Below, in pieces: positions 1 through 7,890 of a DNA stretch of 64,000 nucleotides (position 1 is the stretch's first letter; each line of letters starts with the position of its first letter). Under the pieces are notes generated by a model, which worked only from the letters and a program-made list of their open reading frames with translations, was not told the origin of the DNA and did no database searches. The DNA comes from an uncultured Gemmatimonadales bacterium (GTDB taxonomy: Bacteria; Gemmatimonadota; Gemmatimonadetes; Longimicrobiales; RSA9): the NCBI GenBank assembly GCA_963798845.1, contig CAWCUS010000001.1:384001-448000 (forward strand). The letters are read 5' to 3'. Position numbers and translations under genes: made by a program.

Positions 1-383
1 CCCTCGAACAGCTCCAGGTAGTCCACGCCATTGAAGTCCTCGGCCGACACCACGGCCGCCGCTTCCGAGTGCCGCAGCATGTACTGCAGCTCCGGCATCG
101 TGTAGCGCGGATTCAGCGGGACGATCACGGCTCCGAGCTTGGCGGCCGCGAACAGCGAGATGGCGAACTCGGTCCAGTTCGGCAGATCCAGCGCGATTCG
201 GTCGCCAGCCTCGATCCCCAGCTCCCGCAGGGACGCGGCCAGCGCCGTTGAACGCTCGTCGACCTGGCCATAGGTCAGCCTGCGGTTTCCGGAAATCAAG
301 AAGACGCGGTCGGCGTCCTCCGCAGTCCGCGCCTCCAGCGCTTCGGCGACCGTCCTTCCCTGTATGCGCTCGACGAGCGCCAT
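1..383 (-). CDS. AMP-binding acyl-CoA synthetase family protein (N-terminal part, runs off window start)
   Basis: Manual translation from ATG 383: MALVERIQGRTV...LTYGQVDERS...GIEAGDRIALDLPN...AAAKLGAVIVPLNPRY, typical N-terminus of an adenylate-forming enzyme. Confidence 0.85.
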   Translation of the reverse strand, partial: MALVERIQGRTVAEALEARTAEDADRVFLISGNRRLTYGQVDERSTALAASLRELGIEAGDRIALDLPNWTEFAISLFAAAKLGAVIVPLNPRYTMPELQYMLRHSEAAAVVSAEDFNGVDYLELFE

Positions 384-503
384 CACGCCTCCGTCCGGAG
401 TCCTGTACCGGCGCGCCGCGCCGCGCGACCACGCCTCCCACCCAAAAACCGCAGAAACATAGTCTGGGTGCCCAGGAGCGTCAAACGCCCCCAGGCGTGC
501 GGA

Positions 504-1640
504 TTATCGGCGCCGCGAGGCCTCCAGCGCCGCCAGCACCAGGGCGTCGGGCAGCGCGTGCGTCCACTCTCCCGCACCGCCGCGCGCCGGCTCACCGGGG
601 CGCGCCACGAGCGCGTAACGGATGGCGCCGGCCCTCGCCTTCTTGTCCGATCTCGCCGCCTTCAGCACCTTTTTCGGTTCCATCCGATCGGGCACGGCCG
701 TGGGGAGCCCGAACGCGGCCAGCGCCTCGGCGATGCGGGCGCTCGTGCCCGCGGCCGTCACACCCTCACGCTCTCCGGCCGCCGCCTCCACCACCATCCC
801 GATGGCCACGGCGTCCCCGTGCGAGAGCCCGTAGCCGGAGACCCGCTCCAGCGCGTGCCCCACGGTGTGGCCGAAATTCAGCACCGCGCGCTCCCCCGCT
901 TCCAGCACGTCCCGGGCGACCACGCCCGTCTTGATCCGGACCGAGCCCGCTACCAGCGCGGCCAGCGCCCGATCGTCTCGCCGGAAGATGGCATCCGCGT
1001 CGGCCACCAGGCGATCGAGGTAGTCGACGTCGGCGATGGCGCCGTGCTTGACGGCCTCGGCGAGGCCGGCGCGCAGCTCGCTGTCCGGCAGCGTGCTCAG
1101 GAAGCGCGGGTCCACCACCACCAGGCGCGGCTGGTGGAACGCGCCGACCAGGTTCTTTCCGGCGCTCAGGTCGAGCCCCGTCTTCCCGCCGATGGAGGCG
1201 TCCACCATGGCCAGGAGCGTGGTCGGCACCTGGACGAAGGCGACTCCCCGGCCGAACGTCGCGGCGGCGAAGCCCGCCACGTCGCCGGTCACGCCCCCGC
1301 CCAGCGCGACAATGCAACCATCGCGGCCGAGGCCGAGGTCGCCCAGCGCCTCCACCAGCGCCGCCCATCGCCCAGGCGTCTTGTGCGCCTCGCCCGCACG
1401 GAGCCGCACCGCCTCGACGGCGTGCCCGGCCTCCCGAAGACGCGACAGGACGCGCTCGCCATGGAGGTCGGCGACGATGTCGTCGCAGACCAGGACGTAC
1501 TGCTGCGCCGGGACGTGGCGGCGCACCACCTCGCCCAGCCGGTCGGCGACGCCCGCGCCGATGATGATCTCGCACCGCTCCGGCGGGCGGGGCAGCACCA
1601 GCGACACCAGCGCTTCGCCGCCGGCGGTCTCCTCGATCAC
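504..1640 (-). CDS. aroB: 3-dehydroquinate synthase
   Basis: Motifs ALGGGVTGDVAGF, QVPTTLLAMVDASIGGKTG, KNLVGAFHQP, LNFGHTVGHALE; GTG start overlaps the upstream stop (GTGA). Confidence 0.95.
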   Translation of the reverse strand: MIEETAGGEALVSLVLPRPPERCEIIIGAGVADRLGEVVRRHVPAQQYVLVCDDIVADLHGERVLSRLREAGHAVEAVRLRAGEAHKTPGRWAALVEALGDLGLGRDGCIVALGGGVTGDVAGFAAATFGRGVAFVQVPTTLLAMVDASIGGKTGLDLSAGKNLVGAFHQPRLVVVDPRFLSTLPDSELRAGLAEAVKHGAIADVDYLDRLVADADAIFRRDDRALAALVAGSVRIKTGVVARDVLEAGERAVLNFGHTVGHALERVSGYGLSHGDAVAIGMVVEAAAGEREGVTAAGTSARIAEALAAFGLPTAVPDRMEPKKVLKAARSDKKARAGAIRYALVARPGEPARGGAGEWTHALPDALVLAALEASRRR

Positions 1641-2779
1641 TCCGCCCGCTGCTTCCGCCGACGGTCGAAGCCCGTCCCCAGCAGCGTCTCCCGAACCAGC
1701 CACGCCATCACCTCCTCGAAGGACCCCGTCTCCGCGTGCACGCGACGCAGACGATCCGCGCCGTTGCCCCGCTCCAGCATCGTCTCCACCCGCTCCAGCA
1801 CCCCCAGATCCCCCACCGCCGACGCCAGCTGCGCCGCGCCGTCGAGGATCCGCCGTATCGCCGGTCGCACGCCCGTCTTCCCGCTCGGGGTCTCCGGGTC
1901 CGTGAGCGCGCCGTCCAGCCCGAACCTCGCCGCGTGCCACTCGTTCTCGGTCAGGACCTCGCGCCAGACGTCCGGGCTCAGCCCCCCGGAGCCGGGCGCC
2001 TCGAGCTCCCCTTCCGCCACGCCCATGACCACGAGCCTCGCCAGCGCGGCGATCGTGGCGGCGTCTTCGAGCCGCGGGCAGACGTCCATCGCCCGGAACT
2101 CCAGCGTCGGATAGGAGAAGTGGGGACGCAGGCTCCAGTACACGTTGCCCCGGTCCTGGATCGCTTCGCTCCGCAGCAGAAGGCTGATGAACCTGCGGTA
2201 CTCCTCGTCACTTTCGAAGCGCGGCGGCACGCCGGTGTAGGGGTACTGCCGCCACAGGATCGAACGGTACGATGCGAACCCGGTGTCCTCCGCGTCCAGG
2301 AACGGTGAGCTGGCGGAGAGCGCCACCAGGTGCGGGATGAAGCCGCGAACCTGCTCCATCAGCATCGTCCGGTCGATGCGGTCCGGCACGCCCACGTGCA
2401 CGTGCATGCCGAAGATGTTGACCTCCCGGGCGATCCGGTCATGGCGCTCGACGATGGCCCGGTAGCGCTCGTCCGGGTGGATCCCCGCGCCTTCCCACGC
2501 GCTGAACGGGTGCAGCCCCGCCGCCGCGATGTCCACCCCCTCCGCCGCGGCCGTCGTGGCCGCCTGGAAGCGCTGGCGACGGAGCTCTCCCTCCACCTCC
2601 TCCACCGTCCCGCACACCGGCGTGCCGATCTCCACGGTGGTCTCGTGCAGCTCACCGCGCAGCTCGTTCGCCCAGTCCGTGGCCAGCACGTCGGACGCGC
2701 GGCTGCGCAGCGCACCCGTGTCGGGGTCCACCAGCTGGTACTCCTCCTCCACGCCCATCGTGTATTCGTGGTTGGCCAT
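1637..2779 (-). CDS. ybdK: YbdK-family carboxylate-amine ligase (glutamate--cysteine ligase 2)
   Basis: TMGVEEEYQLVD, AAGLHPFS, FGMHVHVG, ALSASSPF, DTGFASYR, PTLEFRAMD, ENEWHAARFG motifs. Confidence 0.9.
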   Translation of the reverse strand: MANHEYTMGVEEEYQLVDPDTGALRSRASDVLATDWANELRGELHETTVEIGTPVCGTVEEVEGELRRQRFQAATTAAAEGVDIAAAGLHPFSAWEGAGIHPDERYRAIVERHDRIAREVNIFGMHVHVGVPDRIDRTMLMEQVRGFIPHLVALSASSPFLDAEDTGFASYRSILWRQYPYTGVPPRFESDEEYRRFISLLLRSEAIQDRGNVYWSLRPHFSYPTLEFRAMDVCPRLEDAATIAALARLVVMGVAEGELEAPGSGGLSPDVWREVLTENEWHAARFGLDGALTDPETPSGKTGVRPAIRRILDGAAQLASAVGDLGVLERVETMLERGNGADRLRRVHAETGSFEEVMAWLVRETLLGTGFDRRRKQRAE

Positions 2780-2889
2780 GCTTCTCGGGGCTCACCGTGT
2801 CGGGTGCCGCAGGGTACGGCTCTGAGGGTTTCGGTGGCAAATGCGGGGCCCGGAGAAACAGCGAGGCGCGCGCTCCACACACGAGCCTC

Positions 2890-2917
2890 TTCCATTCCGA
2901 AATCGCTTCATTATATT
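2890..2917 (+). promoter_or_regulatory. Putative sigma70-type promoter of the ATP-grasp/KamA operon
   Basis: AT-rich patch; TTCCAT (2890-2895), 16 bp spacer, TATATT (2912-2917). Confidence 0.4.
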
Positions 2918-2937
2918 CTCTTCCCGACGGAGCACAG

Positions 2938-2967
2938 GTGCTCAAACGGGGCGCTCCGGCCATATGA
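2938..2967 (+). CDS. Putative leader peptide MLKRGAPAI
   Basis: GGAG at 2929-2932, then GTG CTC AAA CGG GGC GCT CCG GCC ATA TGA; lies just upstream of a terminator hairpin. Confidence 0.45.
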   Translation: MLKRGAPAI

Positions 2968-2984
2968 CGGAACGGCTAACAACC

Positions 2985-3010
2985 GCGTCTCTTTGCAGGG
3001 GCGCTTTTTT
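2985..3010 (+). terminator. Intrinsic terminator-like hairpin in the operon leader (attenuator)
   Basis: GCGTCTCT-TTGC-AGGGGCGC stem-loop followed by TTTTTT, 20 nt upstream of the ATG at 3031. Confidence 0.65.
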
Positions 3011-3030
3011 CATGGGGTACGAACGAACCG

Positions 3031-4065
3031 ATGCCGCTGAATATCGGGCTCGCGTACAATCAGAAGCCTGACCCGGAGGACGAGCCTCCCGGTACCAGGC
3101 GTCCCCTCGACGACCGATTCGCCGAGTGGGACGACCCCTCGACAATCGCGGCCGTCGAGGCTGCGCTCGCCGAAGCCGGCGATGTGATCCGGCTCGAAGC
3201 CGATGAGGACTTCCCCGCCCGCCTCCGGGCGACCCGGCCCGACATCGTCTTCAACATCGCGGAGGGGCTGAACGGCCCCAACCGGGAAGCGCACGTCCCG
3301 GCCATCTGCGAGTTCTTCGGCATTCCCTACACCGGCAGCGACCCCCTCGCCCTGGCGCTCAGCCTGGACAAGCGGCGGGCCAAGGACGTGTTCCGTGCCG
3401 CCGGGGTCCCGACGCCCGCGGGCGTGTCGGTGTCGCGGCCGGAAGAGCGGCAGCTGGCGCTGCACGTGCCGATCCCGGCCATGGTGAAGCCGCTCTTCGA
3501 GGGCTCCAGCAAGGGCATCCCCGAGAGCGCGCTGTGCGAGAGTCCGGACGACGTGCTGGCACGCGTGGACGCCGTCCTGGAGGAGTACGGCCAGCCGGCG
3601 CTCGTGGAGACCTTCCTCCCCGGCCGGGAGTTCACGTGCGCCGTGCTGGGCAACGGTGACGGCGCGCGGGCGCTCCCGCTGGTGGAGATCCGGTTCGACG
3701 CGCTGCCGGCGGGCGCGAAGCCGATTTACGGCTACGAGGCGAAGTGGGTCTGGGACACGCCCGACCGGCCGCTCTCCATTTTCAGCTGCCCCGCGGCGGT
3801 GGATGGGGCGCTGGGGTCGCTGATCGAGGGCACTGCGGTCGCCGCGTTCACCGCGCTCGGCTGCCGCGACTGGGCCCGGGTCGACCTCCGCCTCGACGAC
3901 GCCGGGCTCCCCCACGTGCTGGAGATCAATCCGCTCCCCGGCGTCCTGCCGGATCCGGAGCAGAATTCCTGCTACCCCAAGGCGGCACGGGCGGCCGGAA
4001 TGGACTACGGCCAGATGATCCGGGCCGTGCTCGATGCTGGGCTGAACAGGTACGGCCTGCGATGA
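3031..4065 (+). CDS. D-alanine--D-alanine ligase-like ATP-grasp enzyme 1
   Basis: VFNIAEG, IPYTGSD...SLDK, KPLFEGSSKGI, ETFLPGREF, YEAKW, ARVDLRLD, EINPLPG. Confidence 0.9.
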   Translation: MPLNIGLAYNQKPDPEDEPPGTRRPLDDRFAEWDDPSTIAAVEAALAEAGDVIRLEADEDFPARLRATRPDIVFNIAEGLNGPNREAHVPAICEFFGIPYTGSDPLALALSLDKRRAKDVFRAAGVPTPAGVSVSRPEERQLALHVPIPAMVKPLFEGSSKGIPESALCESPDDVLARVDAVLEEYGQPALVETFLPGREFTCAVLGNGDGARALPLVEIRFDALPAGAKPIYGYEAKWVWDTPDRPLSIFSCPAAVDGALGSLIEGTAVAAFTALGCRDWARVDLRLDDAGLPHVLEINPLPGVLPDPEQNSCYPKAARAAGMDYGQMIRAVLDAGLNRYGLR

Positions 4066-5099
4066 GGATCGCCGTCGCCTACGACCGCGCCGCCGACGCC
4101 CGCGAGGGCGACGCCCCGCACTCCGGCCGTGACGACGCGGCCGTCCGGGACCGCCCCGCTTCCTCCCCCGCCCCCGCGCTCCCGGAGCGATCCGCCGCCG
4201 CGCCCGATGTGGCCGGGGTGCGCGAGGCGGTGGACGCCGTGGTCGAGAGCCTGGGGCGCCTCGGCCACGCCGCGTTCCCCGTCGCAGTGCACGCGCCGCT
4301 GGAGCGGTTCCTCACCCGATTGAGAGGCGTGGAGCTGGTCTTCAACCTCGCCGAGGGGCTCGACGGACGGGCGGAGGACGAGCCGCGCCTCGCCGCCCTC
4401 ATGGAGCTCTCCGGGCACCCCGTCACCGGCGCGTCCTCGGACACGCTGGCGCTGTGCCGGCGCAAGGACCGGGTCAACACCCTGGCCGCCAGCCGCGGGC
4501 TGGCCGTTCCGCCCTGGGCGGTGGCCCGGCCAGGCCGGCCCGGATGCCCGCTCCCCGGCTGGACGATCTTCCCGGCCATCGTCAAGCCGGTGGACGAGGA
4601 CGGGTCCGTCGGCATCCACGGGGACTCCGTGGTGGAGGACGCGCTCGAGCTCACCGCCTCGCTCGAGCGCGCGGACGGCGAGGTCCTCGTCCAGGCCTTC
4701 GTCGCCGGTCGCGAGTTCAACGTCGGCTTCGTCGGTGAAGAGGCCCTGCCGCTGGCGGAGATCGTGTTCGCCGGAACGCAGCGGGTGGTGAGCTACGCTG
4801 CCAAGTGGGCACCGGGCTCGGCCGACGACCTGTCGACCCTCCCCGTCTGCCCCGCCCGCGTCACCGCCACGTTCCACGACGACGCCGTGGCGCTCGCCCG
4901 TGAGGCCTGGGGCGCCGTGGGCGGACACGGGTACGGCCGCGTGGACCTCCGCACGAACGCAGATGGTCGGCTGAACCTGCTGGACGTCAACCCGAACCCC
5001 GACCTGGCTCCCTCCGCCGGGCTGGCGCGCATGGCGCGCGTGGCCGGCTGGGGCTTCGACGATCTGGTGGCACGGATCGTGGAGGAAGCGGTCGCATGA
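4062..5099 (+). CDS. D-alanine--D-alanine ligase-like ATP-grasp enzyme 2
   Basis: ATGA overlap with the previous gene; VFNLAEG, KPVDEDGSVGI, GREFNV, SYAAKW, YGRVDLR, DVNPNPDL. Confidence 0.85.
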   Translation: MRIAVAYDRAADAREGDAPHSGRDDAAVRDRPASSPAPALPERSAAAPDVAGVREAVDAVVESLGRLGHAAFPVAVHAPLERFLTRLRGVELVFNLAEGLDGRAEDEPRLAALMELSGHPVTGASSDTLALCRRKDRVNTLAASRGLAVPPWAVARPGRPGCPLPGWTIFPAIVKPVDEDGSVGIHGDSVVEDALELTASLERADGEVLVQAFVAGREFNVGFVGEEALPLAEIVFAGTQRVVSYAAKWAPGSADDLSTLPVCPARVTATFHDDAVALAREAWGAVGGHGYGRVDLRTNADGRLNLLDVNPNPDLAPSAGLARMARVAGWGFDDLVARIVEEAVA

Positions 5100-5608
5100 C
5101 TATCAAAACCCTTCAAAACGAGATGGCGACCGTGTTGCGGGCGCTGGAGCCGGGAGACCGGCCGGCGCTCGAGCGGCTGGTCCGATCCGTGGAGCTGTTC
5201 AGCGCCGCGGAGAAGGACGTGGCGATGGAAGTGCTGGACGGATACATGGAGCACCCCGGGAAGGACTACCACGCGCTGGGCGCCTTCACCCACAGTGGCG
5301 ACCTCCTGGGCTACGCGTGCTACGGCCCCACGCCGTGCACCGAGGGCACCTGGGACCTCTACTGGATCGCCGTGTCCGGGGAGTCCCGGGGCCGAGGCAT
5401 CGGAACCCTGCTGATGGAGGAGATTGAACGAAGGCTCGTCGAACAACACGCTCGACTCGTGCTCATCGAGACCGCCTCGCGCGCCGACTACGCCCCTACC
5501 CGGGCGTTCTACGAGCGGCGCGACTACCAGGTGGTCGCACGGGTCCCGGATTTCTATGCGCCGGGCGACGATCGCGTGATCTTCGCCCGCACCTTCCCCA
5601 GCGTTTGA
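5096..5608 (+). CDS. GNAT family N-acetyltransferase
   Basis: LYWIAVSGESRGRGIGTLL acetyl-CoA-binding motif A, TRAFYERR; ATGA coupling. Confidence 0.9.
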   Translation: MTIKTLQNEMATVLRALEPGDRPALERLVRSVELFSAAEKDVAMEVLDGYMEHPGKDYHALGAFTHSGDLLGYACYGPTPCTEGTWDLYWIAVSGESRGRGIGTLLMEEIERRLVEQHARLVLIETASRADYAPTRAFYERRDYQVVARVPDFYAPGDDRVIFARTFPSV

Positions 5609-5622
5609 CCGACGAGAGAGAA

Positions 5623-7092
5623 ATGTCCAACTGGCAAGAGACCCTGAGGCAGAGCGTCACGACGGTAGACGATCTGATCGACCGCTTCGGTGCCGAGAAC
5701 GTGGACCGTGAAGCGGTCGAGAAGGCCATCGAGAAGTTCAACCTTCGCATCACCCCGGCCGCGCTTGCGCAGATCAAGGCGCCGGGCGACTGGGCATGGA
5801 ACCAGTACGTACCCACGGGCGCGGAGAACGAGGTCGTGGACGGGATCGTCGACTCGCTGGACGAAGACGCGGACTCGCCCGTCCCGAACATCACGCACCG
5901 CTACCCGGACCGCGTGCTGTTCCTGGTCTCGCCGGTGTGCTCCACCTACTGCCGGTTCTGCACGCGCCGACGGAAGGTGGGCGACCCGGAGAAGATCCCG
6001 CTGAACCAGTTCGACGCCGCGTTCGCATACCTGCGCGAGCATACGGAAGTGCGCGACGTGGTGCTCTCCGGCGGCGATCCGTTCATGCTGAGCGACCGGC
6101 GAATCGAGTACTTCCTCTCGACACTGCGCGCCATCCCGCACATCGAGATCATCCGAATCCACTCCCGGGTGCCCAACCACCTCCCCGAACGTGTCACGCC
6201 CGAGCTGGCGGACATGATCAGGAAGTACCACCCGGTGTACGTGAACGTGCACTTCAACCACCCGGACGAGCTCACGCCGGAGTCCATGAAGGCGCTCGGC
6301 CTGCTGGCAGACGCCGGCATCCCGCTCGGTTCCCAGAGCGTGCTGCTCAAGGGCGTGAACGACGACCCGGCGATCATGAAGCGGCTGATGCAGCGGCTCC
6401 TCGTCGCCCGCGTGAAGCCGTACTACATCTACCAGGCGGACGTGGTGGCCGGCGGCGAGCACTTCCGCACGTCCGTGCAGAAGGGGATCGAGATCATCCA
6501 GGCGATCCGCGGCTGGACTTCCGGGCTCGGCGTCCCGCACTACGTCATTGACGCCCCCGGCGGCGGCGGCAAGATCCCGATCCTGCCCGAGTACGTGCAG
6601 GCGGTCACCGACAGCGAGATCGTGCTCCGCAACTACGCGGGCGAGGAGTTCCGCTACCCGCTCCCGCAGGAGCCTGCGCGCGTCGGCAACGGGTGCGACA
6701 TCCCGAGCATCCCGAGCCGCATCGCCGCCCGCACCGCCCGCTCCGGCGGCGTCGCCGGCGCCGGCAAGAACGAGAACGGGCGGGCGCGGCACAAGAAGGC
6801 GGCGAGCGCCCAGGCCAACGCCAACCGCAGCGGCGGGGCCGCAGGCCGGTCCAGCCGCCCGTCCAATGGGAACGGCCGCAAAGCCGACCGCGCGATCGGC
6901 ACGTCCGGGCCGAGCAACGGCGGCGGAAATGGCGGACCGAGGATATCCTCTGACGGCGGCGCGGGCTCGAACGGCAACCGCCAGCCCAGGACGAACGGCA
7001 ACGGGCACCGGAACGGCCGCGGGAACGGCCACGCCGACCCGGCTCAGATCACCATCGAGACGCTGGGCGGCATCGTGCCGATGGACGTGTAG
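5623..7092 (+). CDS. kamA: KamA-family radical SAM enzyme (lysine 2,3-aminomutase-like) with a low-complexity C-terminal tail
   Basis: THRYPDRVL, CSTYCRFC (CxxxCxxC), LSGGDP, HFNHPDE, QSVLLKGVND, YYIYQAD, DAPGGGGKIP (PLP lysine). Confidence 0.9.
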   Translation: MSNWQETLRQSVTTVDDLIDRFGAENVDREAVEKAIEKFNLRITPAALAQIKAPGDWAWNQYVPTGAENEVVDGIVDSLDEDADSPVPNITHRYPDRVLFLVSPVCSTYCRFCTRRRKVGDPEKIPLNQFDAAFAYLREHTEVRDVVLSGGDPFMLSDRRIEYFLSTLRAIPHIEIIRIHSRVPNHLPERVTPELADMIRKYHPVYVNVHFNHPDELTPESMKALGLLADAGIPLGSQSVLLKGVNDDPAIMKRLMQRLLVARVKPYYIYQADVVAGGEHFRTSVQKGIEIIQAIRGWTSGLGVPHYVIDAPGGGGKIPILPEYVQAVTDSEIVLRNYAGEEFRYPLPQEPARVGNGCDIPSIPSRIAARTARSGGVAGAGKNENGRARHKKAASAQANANRSGGAAGRSSRPSNGNGRKADRAIGTSGPSNGGGNGGPRISSDGGAGSNGNRQPRTNGNGHRNGRGNGHADPAQITIETLGGIVPMDV

Positions 7093-7106
7093 CCTCGCGG
7101 ACGCGT

Positions 7107-7380
7107 CCGAGCGCTGGCGTCGGCCCGGCGGCCGGCGGAGGGTTGGCTTAGCCCGGCGGCGGCGGAGCGCTGGCCCCGGCCCGGCGGCGCCCGAGCGCTG
7201 GCCCCGGCCCGGCGGCCGGCGGAGCGCTGGCGTCGGCCCGGCGGCGGCCGAGCGCTGGCGTCGGCCCGGCGGCCGGCGGAGGGTTGGCTTAGCCCGGCGG
7301 CGGCGGAGCGTTGGCTTAGCCCGGCGGCGCCCGAGCGCTGGCCCCGGCCCGGCGGCGCCCGAGCGCTGGCGTCGGGCGGG
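7107..7380. repeat. Tandem array A, about 10 imperfect 27-29 bp units
   Basis: Units like GAGCGCTGGCGTCGGCCCGGCGGC / GAGGGTTGGCTTAGCCCGGCGGC start right after the kamA stop; unit lengths are not all multiples of 3. Confidence 0.9.
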
Positions 7381-7414
7381 AACCTGGCAAACGCCCGTCG
7401 TCGCCAGCCCTTCT

Positions 7415-7467
7415 GAGGCGCCTCGGGGGTTTCCCGCGCTATGTCCTGGAAACTCCCGAAGCGCCTC
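7415..7467. other. Long stem-loop between arrays A and B
   Basis: GAGGCGC-C-TCGGGGGTTTCC ... GGAAACTCCCGA-A-GCGCCTC, about 20 bp stem. Confidence 0.6.
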
Positions 7468-7561
7468 CAGCAGCCAGATCGATTGGGGGATTCCCCGGAC
7501 CAAGGGCAGGAAAGGCCCCAGACGCACCCAAACGCGCCGCGGGCACGGGAGTTCTCCGCAG

Positions 7562-7890
7562 CAGGCGGGCTCCGCCTTCGAGGCCAGGCGGGCTCCGCCT
7601 TCCCGGCGCCAGGCGGCCTCGGCCTTCGAGGCCAGGCGGGCTCCGCCTTCCCGGCGCCAGGCGGCCTCGGCCTTCGAGGCCAGGCGGGCTCCGCCTTCGC
7701 GGCCAGGCGGGGTCGGCGTTCGAGGCCAGGCGGGCTCCGCCTTCGAGGCCAGGCGGCCTCGGCCTCTGCGGCCAGGCGGCCTCGGGGCTTCCGCGCCAGG
7801 CGGCCTCGACCTCCGCGGCCAGGCGGCCTCGGGGCTTCGGCGCCAGGCAGCCTCGGGGCTTCCGCGCCCGGCGGGCTCGGCCTTCCGCGC
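7562..7890. repeat. Tandem array B, about 14 imperfect 23-25 bp hairpin units
   Basis: Consensus CAGGCGGGCTCCGCCTTCGAGGC (AGGCGG-GCT-CCGCCT hairpin), increasingly degenerate to the right. Confidence 0.9.

Noticed and set aside
3031..5099. Cell-wall Ddl or Van-type resistance ligases
   Set aside because: They lack the N-terminal GGxSxE and LHG motifs of Ddl/VanA (FNIAEG/FNLAEG instead), and there is no dcw or vanHX context.
5623..7092. KamA as EpmB for beta-lysylation of the EF-P at 45651-46214
   Set aside because: It lies 39 kb from efp, no epmA is in the window, and it is embedded in the ligase/GNAT operon. It cannot be fully excluded, since EF-P has the PGKG lysine.
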